NCBI GenBank assembly: GCA_002269645.1
Contig: NIVC01004858.1
Location: forward strand, 1 to 33,068
DNA from: Macrostomum lignano
Taxonomy: Eukaryota
Direction of reading: 5' to 3'
DNA length: 33,068 nucleotides
Shown here: in pieces, positions 1 through 11,493 of the stretch
How the letters are laid out: each line of letters starts with the position of its first letter
How positions within the stretch are numbered: position 1 is the first letter of the stretch
Made by a program: the position numbers and the translations under genes
Notes under the pieces: model-generated
Databases searched by the model: none
What the model was told of the DNA's origin: nothing
Seen by the model: only the letters and a program-made list of their open reading frames with translations

Positions 1-645
1 GGGGAGAACAGGGACGGGAGAACAGGGACGGGGAGAACAGGGACGGGAGAACAGGGATGGGAGAACAGGGATGGGAGAACAGGGATGGGAGAGACAGGGA
101 CGGGGAGAAAAGGGATGGGGAGAAACAGGGATCGGGAGAAAGAGATGGGAGAAAGGATGGGAGAAAGGGACGGGAGAACAGGGACGGGGAGAAAGGACGA
201 TGGGAGAAAAGGGACGGGGAGAAAAGGGATGGGGAGAAAGGGATGGGAGAACAGGGACGGGAGAACAGGGACGGGGAGAACAGGGACAGGAGAACAGGGA
301 CGGGGAGAACAGGACGGGGAGAACAGGGATGGGAAGAACAGGGACGGGAAACAGGACGGGGAGAACAGGGACGGGGAGAACAGGAACGGGGAAGAACAGG
401 ATGGGAGAACAGGGACGGGGAAACAGGAACGGGAGAACAGGGATGGGGGAACAGGGACGGGGAGAACAGGGACGGGGAGACAGAACGGGAAACAGGGATG
501 GGGGAACAGGGACGGGAGAACAGGACGGGGAGAACAGGAACGGGGAACAGGGATGGGGGGAACAGGGACGGGGAGAACAGGGACGGGGAGAACTGGAACG
601 GGGAGAACAGGGATGGGGGAACAGGGACGGGAGAAACAGGGACTT
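1..645. repeat. Degenerate purine-rich tandem repeat, ~15-bp unit (GGGGAGAACAGGGAC and variants), runs off the window start
   Basis: Directly visible; the three overlapping G/E/R/T-rich ORFs are its translations. Confidence 0.95.
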
Positions 646-1560
646 GAGCTGGTGAAAAAGGACAACGAGAAAGATAGAGTGGCCGCACACTGAGCAGTGG
701 GAATTCTGAGACAGTCGGGTAGCGAATGCAGCAGAGAGAGAGCTGCTTTCGGAGAGACCCAAATATATCAGTGATCCTCAGTCTGCTACTCTCCCATGGA
801 CCTGTCCAACATTGCGTGCCAAACGGAAAAAGCAGGTCTTGAAAGCGGGACTCAGAAACTTTTGGCCTGACTGTGATACGGGAATTAGTCGAAAGGGTTG
901 CATCTTTGAAGCAAGCAGAAGAGCGGTGATAATAGAGGGAAATAAATTCAAGCGAATTGCTGTATCGAATCTTTGCGGGATAGATAGAGAGAAGTCGAAA
1001 ATCGACACAGTCTACAATTTTCCTTTGTTGTCGGGGACACGCAGGCTGCTTCAGCAACTGGCTTTCTCTATCGATGTGAAGGCTTACGATGTATCGACAA
1101 GGACTACTCAAGTGTAAGGATGAGAGACCATACTTTTCTTGAAAAAATTTTACCGACAAAATGCATCATTTTCAGTACAAAAATTAATCGTTATTGCTTT
1201 TGATAGGAAACCAGACCCGATGTTCATTTTTGGTATGTCTTACCTTTCTTATAAGCTCTATTGATATTCAGAGAGCTTTTCGTTGAGAAAATTAGAAGTC
1301 TATGATAATTTTATATCCTAGGTACATGTTTTCTGCCTAAAAATCATTTTAAAAATGTCATCCGTGATGTATTTTTCGGTAACACACCTGCCTCCTAAAA
1401 CTTTCCAACAACATAGTTTCCCATACTACTTGAGTAGTCCTTGTGTATCAAGGAGTCAGGCTCGTCAATACCAGTGGGGGGCCGGGGGGGCGCGCCTCCC
1501 CCCTCCCAATCCCTGGGGGGGGGGGTGGGTTGGCGCGGCGGGTTCCAAAAACCATGAGGC

Positions 1561-1820
1561 AAATGAGTGCCTGCGGCGCCAAAATGAGTGCCTGCGGCGC
1601 TAAAATGAGTGCCTGCGGCGCTAAAATGAGTGCCTGCGGCGCTAAAATGAGTGCCTGCGGCGCTAAAATGAGTGCCTGCGGCGCTAAAATGAATGCCTGC
1701 GGCGCTAAAATGAGTGCCTGCGGTGCTAAAATGAGTGCCTGCGGCGCTAAATGAGTGCCTGCGGCGCTAAAATGAGTGCCTGCGGCGCTTAAATGAGTGC
1801 CTGCGGCGCTTAAATGAGTG
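1561..1820. repeat. 21-bp minisatellite (AAAATGAGTGCCTGCGGCGCT) x~12, preceded by long G and C tracts at 1476-1529
   Basis: Directly visible; translates as (KMSACGA)n. Confidence 0.95.
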
Positions 1821-3793
1821 CAACCCACTCTCAGTGCCCCACACTCAGTGCAACCCACCTCTCTGTACTCCATTTAAATCGAATCGAGTACAACTAGTAC
1901 TTCTATGGCATCGTACGTACACTATACTGTAAGCAAGTCAGCATTAGATCAGAGCGATGAGACAAGCAAGCAACGGAGAAATAGTCTGAAATCTGATCTG
2001 CCAGCTTATTCCTTATTCCCCGAGTGTACATGAGTTGACCCTATTGCCTGTAATTTCCTAAGAAGCTGACTTGGACAGCTGTCTCTTCTAACATTAAATA
2101 TCACACAGCAGTATGCAAGGCGCACGCATGCTAGAAAGTAAGATTTGAGCAATTAAGAGACCTCACCTGTGCAGTTGCTATTCATTCTGGGCCCAACTGA
2201 AGCGAACAGTTACAGTGATGCCCGAGAAGTTGGCGCAGTCATGGCAATTACTTTGCTAGCAGTATATAAGGCAATGCGCTTCACCTCTACTATATGCTAC
2301 CTCGATTTACTTTGACCAATATGTGCTTTGCTTCATCAATCAGTAGAGAGCAGTCAGGCCGGATTCTGTATATACGGCTTGGTACATGTTAGTCCTGCCA
2401 TGCAGATTTGCTCATTCATCACAATTCTGCAGATGGGCCACTTCAGACACACGGAGACCATGCATAGTACGCTAACGTTGCATTGTCTAAAATGAATGCT
2501 AAATCAAACAGCGACATGACGTGTGAATACTGCAGCATGTATTTAAAGCAATTTTGTTGATTGCTCAAGTTAACACGCAGCATGCCAGCAATATAGTAAG
2601 ACTTGGTACACACTTGTCTGGACTACTTACTAAACTAATTTGCCAACTAGTCGCCTAAACCGTATGCTTAATTATTTGCACTTAAATTGCTAAATTATTT
2701 ATGCTTGTATAATATGTACATGTACAGTGTGGCCATTGAGAAATGGTCCTCAAAAGGTTCTCAAAAATATGTAGCAACCCGCTGTAATGTACGACTTATT
2801 GCAGTCGGCGAGGTGTCTGTCGATTGGATTTCAAGTATATAGAAAAAGTACATGCTCACGAAACTCAAGTAGTCCGTGGTCTGCACAAAAGTACATGTAC
2901 ACGTAAATTCAGTCGTGCATAAAATATGCATCGATCGTCTCACAATGCTATATAGCTACATGTATATAGCAATGACAATTACTTTGGGCTACATGTACAT
3001 GTGTAATAGCATAAAATTCAGGCCCCATGCAAGTTCTGCATGGGACGTATACGTTATTAAAGCTTCTTGCGTATTTCGTGCCCTAAGAGGCTAATTAAAT
3101 TGCTTGCAAATAAGTTCCACGGCAACGTTTGCACTATAAGACTAGACATAATTGTATTACTATAATAATAGTATAAAGTGAATTTTATGCTTTAATTTGT
3201 ACTCGCGCCTTAAATGCACATGTAAATGCAACCTAGCTATACATATATATCAGTCAGTAAAGTTGCCTTAAATTTTTCATGGCTAAATTTGCAGAGCTAT
3301 ACACCCACAGGGTGTAAAAATACTTCCTGAGAGCTGTGATTTAATTTTTAGTTTTTTATCTTAACGTTCAAAAGAATCTGCTGTTGCATAGCTACTTCTG
3401 AGCCACCCTGACCCTGTACTGTCTTCCGTTGCTTCATGATTTAACTGTTCAAACGACGGGACCTCGATCATTTTACTGATAAATCTGAAAGTATGCTTTT
3501 AAAAGCTAAAAGTTATTAAATTGTATTTCTGAAACGCATAACGCATACATAATGACTTAATATAAAAACTGTTTTATAGCATTCAAGGCTTTCAAAATTT
3601 GTTTAAGCAGAACTGTGTAAAATTTAAAGTCACGGGAAAAAAGAAATTTATTAGAACTAAACGCCCCTGCAAGTTTCCCAGACTATCAAAACACCAAAGC
3701 AAAACGCACTCAATCTTTACCTATTGTATATTTTTTCTACTTGTATTTAAATAATTAACGTTTCCAACTTCCAGATTTCTATAAAGTTAAACT

Positions 3794-3806
3794 ATGCTGA
3801 CACTTG
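3794..3806 (+). CDS. WDR1: WDR1 coding exon 1 (MLTL + G, phase 1)
   Basis: ATG at 3794 and donor GTAAGT at 3807; the phase joins exon 2 to give E-K-I-F-A-S-L-P. Confidence 0.75.
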
Positions 3807-6800
3807 GTAAGTTTCGTTTTGTTCTAACTTGTGCAGTTCTGTTCTTTAGATTAAGCCTGCTTGAGACTTTAAAGTTCTACGTTAATGCTTAATTTAGTAA
3901 TGATCAACTTATTGTAATACTTGCAAGTCTTGAGTAGAATTGTAAGCCAGGAGTGTTATAAATTTAATGTAATTCATTGAATATTATCAATATATTAATA
4001 TTAGGCCTAAGCTTAAAAAAGCAAACCTTAGCCTTAGGAATGTAAGTTAAAATCTATAATGTATTTTTTATTCTTGTTTTTTATAAGTATAAGGCTACTA
4101 GATGTAAAGTACAGTCATTTGAAAATGTAGCATTTTTTCATGTTGTTATAATCAACTTTTGAAATCTTGATATTAAAGCCTATGGCTATGGGATGCAGGC
4201 CAGGGTATACTTGAATTTTTGTTTTATTTGAATGTAGCAATAGTAATTCTAGTGCCAATATTAATTTATTAAAACTTCCCCAGAGTCAAAGAAAAAAATT
4301 AAATTAAAAAATTGAAAAATTAAATTTAAAAAAATTGAAGTTCATGCTCATTTAGTTTTTTTATTTTCCACTCACCACTCAGAGTGCATTATGTTTTAGG
4401 ATGAATTTCACCTTGAGGTGCAGGTTGTTTTGATGATAGGCCATTTTGGTGATAGACATTTTAATGATAAATAGCCATTTTTATAACAACATATTTCTAT
4501 GACAAACAGTAACACATTGCTTTTGGCTTTGGTAAACCTATCGTAAATCTTAGTAAAATGTTGATATTATAGATTTAAAAGTTTAAATGTTCAATGTTAA
4601 ATCAATGATCTAATAATTTTCATATCCATGGTTTTTGTTAGTCTTGCATTTTAAAAGCCAACCATTTGTTTATAGAATACTAAGTTTTTTCAATATCTAA
4701 CCTTGTATTTTAATTTGCAAGTATAAAAATTCCAACATAATCTTATTTATACCACAGAGAAAATTTTTGCTTCACTTCCCAAAACTGAGCGAGGCAAGGC
4801 AATTGTACTTGGTGGTGACCCTAAAGGTGAAAATTTTCTCTATGTCAATGGAAACAGTGTCTTCATTCGGAGCCTCAAAGTGAGTCATTTCCTGGTTTAT
4901 ATTATGTATTTTATAAAGTTACAAACATTTTATGCAAACATAACTTTGTACCTGATGAGTCTCTGTCTTAGTTGACTCTTGACTCTCTACTGTTATCTTG
5001 AGTCTCTGATGAGTCTCTGCTATGATCTTGAGTCTCTGATGAGTCTCTGCTATGATCTTGAGTCTCTGATGAGTCTCTGCTATGATCTTGAGTCTCTGAT
5101 GAGTCTCTGCTATGATCTTGAGTCTCTGATGAGTCTCTGCTATGATCTTGAGTCTCTGATGAGTCTCTGCTATGATCTTGAGTCTCTGATGAGTCTCTGA
5201 TGAGTCTCTGCTATGATCTTGAGTCTCTGATGAGTCTCTGATGAGTCTCTGCTATGATCTTGAGTCTCCAGCGTGTATTTATCGTAAAATTGTGTCCCAC
5301 ACACGTCCAGGACCCCTTCACCAAGTGCGACGTGTACACCCAGCACTCGACGGCCACGGGGTGGCCAAGTACTCGCCAAGCGGCTTCTATATCGCTTCGG
5401 GCGACGCGTCTGGCAAAGTGCGCATCTGGGACACAACCCAGGCTGAGCACGTGCTCAAAAATGAATTTCACGTGCTTGGCGGCGCCATACGCGACTTGGC
5501 CTGGACTAGCGACAACCAGCGACTCATCATTGTCGGCGAGGGTCGCGAAAAGTTCGGCGTTGCCATCCTGGCCGACAGCGGCGCCTCAGTTGGCGAAATA
5601 ATCGGCCACTCCAAGGCCATCAACTCCGTAGACTTCAAGCCGCAGCGCCCGTTCCGGGCGGTCACCGCATCCGAGGATTTTGTCGTCTGCTTTTACGAGG
5701 GCCCGCCGTTCAAATTCAAGAAGCAAAACGACGAGCACACCAATTTCGTAAACGTGGTTCGCTACGCGCCCAGCGGCGAGCTCTTTGCTAGCGCTGGCAG
5801 CACCGGCCGGATTCTGCTGCACGAAGGCAAAACCTCCGAATATCTGGGCGAGATTGGCGACCCGGCGCACAAGGGCGGCATTTATTCGCTGGCCTTCAGC
5901 CCGAACTCCGACCGGCTGCTGTCTGTCAGTGGCGACAAGACCGCTCGGCTGTGGAATGTTCAAGACAAGTCACTGATCGGTGAGGCTTCCGCTCTAAATT
6001 AATGAGTAAAATGTGCTTTCCTAAGTTTGAATTTCTCTAGAATGTTTAATTTCTAAGAATTGTCCAACATTTCCTAGAAAATTGACTTTTCAGGTGTCTT
6101 GAAATTTGCTAGGAATACTGATTTCTAAGAATTGTCCAACATTTCCAGTTCACCGTTTTTAAGTTTTTTCTCCAAAATATATATTCCGAAATCTATAATT
6201 AGAGCAGCTCAGTGGTAAACGCGTCTGACTCTCGTGTCATGAACCCTGGTTCGATTCCGTGCGCTGGCCATATTCATTTGGGGCTTGCGCACGAAAGTTG
6301 GTCCGAAGAGTTTATCCTGCGATTCACAGCCATGACGGCCAACCCCCAAGGCACAGAGACAGAGAGTGTACATGTCTGACGATTAGACAGTCAAGGGCTG
6401 CTGTACACCCCGTGTGAGCGTGTGTGTGAGTGCGTGCTTCCCATTTCTAGTTCCCGTATCTAGTAATACCACTCAATTGAGAGTTGAAAGACCATTGGAG
6501 CTACTGATTTGATAGGGTTAGATAAATAAATGGGTTTAGTTAAATAAATGAATGTTGCCAGTTTCAAAGTGAGAGGGGCAACTCATAAATCCCTGTAAGT
6601 TAGGACTCATGCATCAACATAGATTGTCAATGCCATGTCCACATTGTGGTTGGGTGGTAGGGGCTAAAGTTAAGATGAATGTTTTCACTTTCAATGCAAA
6701 GAGAGCTCTTAAGACCCTGGGATCAAAAAGCAACATTTTTGACACCAAATGCACTAATTAATAACAAATCGTTCACTGCTTTTTTCAACTCAAGGCGAAT

Positions 6801-9800
6801 GGTCGTTCGGCAACACAATAAACGACATGCAAGTCAGCTGCCTGTGGTGCAACGATTACGTCATCACCGTATCGCTGGACGGCAGTTTGAATTTTCTAGA
6901 CCTGGCCAATCCCGGCAAGCCGACTGAGGTGATTGGCGGGCATAGCAAGCCAATCACAGCGCTGGACCGCAGCGCTGACGGTCGCACTCTGGTGACTGGC
7001 AGCACCGACGCTTCGCTTGTGATTTGGGACTCCGCTAGCGGCCGGATGCGCAGGGTGACGGGCCTGGCGCATAAGAACCAGATCCAGGCGCTGGCTGTTG
7101 ACGCATCCGGTACCGTGTACTCGGTTGCTATGGACGACACTTTGCAGGTAAATCATTAGTCTTGCTACCAGTGCTCTGTTCACCAGTGTCTTCTGATCCT
7201 TCTGGATGTCCATCGATATCTTCTAATTCTTCTGGGTGTCCATCGATGTCTTCTAATCCTTCTGGGTGTCCATCGATGTCTTCTAATCCTTCTGGGTGTC
7301 CATCAGTGTTTTCTAATCTTTCTTGGTGTACATCAGTGTTGTCTGATCCTTCACGGTGTCCATCAGCGTCTTCTGATCCTTCAGGGTGTCCATCAGTGTT
7401 GTCTGATCCTTCACGGTGTCCATCAGTGTCTTCTGATCCTTCACGGTGTCCATCAGTGTCTTCTGATCCTTCAGGGTGTCCATCAGTGTCTTCTGATCCT
7501 TCTGGGTGTCCATCAGTGTTGTCTGATCCTTCACGGTGTCCATCAGTGTCTTCTGATCCTTCAGGGTGTCCATCAGTGTTGTCTGATCCTTCAGGGTGTC
7601 CATCAGTGTCTTCTGATCCTTCAGGGTGTCCATCAGTGTTGTCTGATCCTTCACGGTGTCCATCAGCGTCTTCTGATCCTTCAGGGTGTCCATCAGTGTT
7701 GTCTGATCCTTCACGGTGTCCATCAGTGTCTTCTGATCCTTCTGGGTGTCCATCGATATCTTCTAATCCTTCTGGGTGTCCATCGATGTCTTCTAATCCT
7801 TCTGGGTGTCCATCGATATCTTCTAATCCTTCTGGGTGTCCATCGATATCTTCTAATCCTTCTGGGTGTCCATCGATATCTTCTAATCCTTCTGGGTGTC
7901 CATCGATATCTTCTAATCCTTCTGGGTGTCCATCGATATCTTCTAATCCTTCTGGGTGTCCATCGATGTCTTCTAATCCTTCTGGGTGTCCATCAGTGTC
8001 TTCGGATCCTTCAGGTTGTCCATCAGTGTTTTCTAATCTTTCTTGGTGTCCATCAGTGTTGTCTGATCCTTCACGGTGTCCATCAGCGTCTTCTGATCCT
8101 TCAGGGTGTCCATCAGTGTTGTCTGATCCTTCACGGTGTCCATCAGTGTCTTCTGATCCTTCACGGTGTCCATCAGTGTCTTCTGATCCTTCAGGGTGTC
8201 CATCAGTGTCTTCTGATCCTTCTGGGTGTCCATCAGTGTTGTCTGATCCTTCACGGTGTCCATCAGTGTCTTCTGATCCTTCAGGGTGTCCATCAGTGTT
8301 GTCTGATCCTTCACGGTGTCCATCAGTGTCTTCTGATCCTTCAGGGTGTCCATCAGTGTTGTCTGATCCTTCACGGTGTCCATCAGTGTCTTCTGATCCT
8401 TCACGGTGTCCATCAGTGTTGTCTGATCCTTCACGGTGTCCATCAGCGTCTTCTGATCCTTCAGGGTGTCCATCAGTGTTGTCTGATCCTTCACGGTGTC
8501 CATCAGTGTCTTCTGATCCTTCTGGGTGTCCATCGATATCTTCTAATCCTTCTGGGTGTCCATCGATGTCTTCTAATCCTTCTGGGTGTCCATCGATATC
8601 TTCTAATCCTTCTGGGTGTCCATCGATATCTTCTAATCCTTCTGGGTGTCCATCGATATCTTCTAATCCTTCTGGGTGTCCATCGATATCTTCTAATCCT
8701 TCTGGGTGTCCATCGATATCTTCTAATCCTTCTGGGTGTCCATCGATGTCTTCTAATCCTTCTGGGTGTCCATCAGTGTCTTCGGATCCTTCAGGTTGTC
8801 CATCAGTGTTTTCTAATCTTTCTTGGTGTCCATCAGTGTTGTCTGATCCTTCACGGTGTCCATCAGCGTCTTCTGATCCTTCAGGGTGTCCATCAGTGTT
8901 GTCTGATCCTTCACGGTGTCCATCAGTGTCTTCTGATCCTTCACGGTGTCCATCAGTGTCTTCTGATCCTTCAGGGTGTCCATCAGTGTCTTCTGATCCT
9001 TCTGGGTGTCCATCAGTGTTGTCTGATCCTTCACGGTGTCCATCAGTGTCTTCTGATCCTTCAGGGTGTCCATCAGTGTTGTCTGATCCTTCACGGTGTC
9101 CATCAGTGTCTTCTGATCCTTCAGGGTGTCCATCAGTGTTGTCTGATCCTTCACGGTGTCCATCAGTGTCTTCTGATCCTTCACGGTGTCCATCAGTGTT
9201 GTCTGATCCTTCACGGTGTCCATCAGCGTCTTCTGATCCTTCAGGGTGTCCATCAGTTTTGTCTGATCCTTCACGGTGTCCATCAGTGTCTTCTGATCCT
9301 TCTGGGTGTCCATCGATATCTTCTAATCCTTCTGGGTGTCCATCAGTGTCTTCTGATCCTTCAGGTTGTCCATCAGTGTTTTCTAATCTTTCTTGGTGTC
9401 CATCAGTGTTGTCTGATCCTTCACGGTGTCCATCAGCGTCTTCTGATCCTTCAGGGTGTCCATCAGTTTTGTCTGATCCTTCACGGTGTCCATCAGTGTC
9501 TTCTGATCCTTCAGGGTGTCCATCAGTGTTTTCTAATCTTTCTTGGTGTCCATCAGTGTTGTCTGATCCTTCAGGGTGTCCATTAGTATCTTCTACTTCT
9601 TGTAGGTGTCCATCAGTGTCTTTGGATCCTTCAGGGTGACTATTAGTGTCTTCTAATCCTTCAGGGTGTCCATAAGTGTTGTCTGATCCTTCAGGGTGTC
9701 CATTAGTGTCTTCTGATCCTTCAGGGTGTCCATAAGTGTTTTCTGATCCTTCAGGGTGTCCATTAGTGTCTTCTAGGTGTCCATCAGTGTCTTTGGATCC

Positions 9801-10548
9801 TTCAGGGTGACTATTAGTGTCTTCTGATCCTTCAGGGTTTCCATCAGTGTCTTCCGATTCTTTAAGGTGTCCACCACGAATTTCTTCTGATCTTTTTGTT
9901 TGTCCACCACTCTATCTTATCCTATCAAGGTGTCTAGCAGTCCCCTCTTACCGTCCTTAAAGGGGTGTCCACCAGTGCGTTCCTATCATTCTGGGGTGTC
10001 CATAGGGCCATCACCTGCATTCCATCTATCAATTTCCTTCAGCCTCAGCTAGCTAGTTTCAGAGCAGCCACAGTTGCACTTGTCTTCCAAGTCTCAGCCC
10101 AGCTAAAAACAGTCAGACACCGTAGTTCAGCCAGATTTTGATGATGTATTCTAAAAATAGCTCCCTCAGTTCTACTGCCATGCACCGTGCAGCGTATTTT
10201 GGGCAGATAAGTTTTTGTTCTATAAAAGGCAACTTCGCCTCTAGCTAAATTAATACTATATTTGGACATTTTCTCTCGACTCTACTCTTCTTTTCGCCAT
10301 TTATAGATGTGGGATTTAACTTAAGTCACATACTAAATTAGTACATGCATATCATTTTAAGACTTGTATGGTATCTTTTATTGTAACTTTTCAAAATGCT
10401 AATCAAGCAGACGGGTACGCAGGAAGCTGCAGGTCGTGGGAACCGCATCTGATTATGCAGTTAGTGCGTAATTAGTATGAGTATACTGTGATAGTGAGTA
10501 GATAGATAGATATATAGACAGACAGACAGATAAATAGATATAAAGATG

Positions 10549-10631
<83 letters not shown>

Positions 10632-10642
10632 GATAGATAATG

Positions 10643-10685
<43 letters not shown>

Positions 10686-10708
10686 GATGGATAGATAGAT
10701 AGATAGAT

Positions 10709-10750
<42 letters not shown>

Positions 10751-10785
10751 GATAGATAGACAGATAGATAGATAGATAGATAGAC

Positions 10786-10821
<36 letters not shown>

Positions 10822-10941
10822 GATAGATAGATAGATAGATAGATGATAGATAGATAGATAATGGATAGATAGATAGATAGATAGATAGATAGACAGATAG
10901 ATAGATAGATAGATAGATAGATGATAGATAGATAGATAATG

Positions 10942-10995
<54 letters not shown>

Positions 10996-10996
10996 C

Positions 10997-11043
<47 letters not shown>

Positions 11044-11044
11044 G

Positions 11045-11098
<54 letters not shown>

Positions 11099-11099
11099 G

Positions 11100-11142
<43 letters not shown>

Positions 11143-11172
11143 GGATAGATAGATAATGGATAGATAGATAGG

Positions 11173-11217
<45 letters not shown>

Positions 11218-11289
11218 GATAGATAGATAGATAGATAGATATAGATAGATAGATAGATAGATAGATGATGGATAGATAGATAGATAATG

Positions 11290-11328
<39 letters not shown>

Positions 11329-11355
11329 GATGGATAGATAGATAGATAGATAATG

Positions 11356-11395
<40 letters not shown>

Positions 11396-11399
11396 CATG

Positions 11400-11457
<58 letters not shown>

Positions 11458-11461
11458 CATG

Positions 11462-11493
<32 letters not shown>

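Noticed and set aside
2100-2620. Decayed Cys-rich ORF (TCEYC..., SWIM-like) on the + strand
   Set aside because: The stop frequency is near random expectation and the motif spacing does not fit a SWIM finger.
4952-5268. Hammerhead ribozyme array, because each unit contains CTGATGAG
   Set aside because: There is no GAAA half of the catalytic core and no consistent stem II/III; CTGACGA at ~6376 and ~11898 fails in the same way.
6200-6272. Functional tRNA gene
   Set aside because: A and B boxes are present, but I cannot form an acceptor stem or a regular anticodon arm, and the sequence continues into a repeated body, so it is a SINE head.
7162-9639. 825-aa Ser/Pro/Cys-rich ORF as a mucin-like protein or an extension of WDR1
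   Set aside because: It is the translation of a stop-free 30-bp unit inside intron 4 and is out of frame with exon 4; WDR1 is complete without it.
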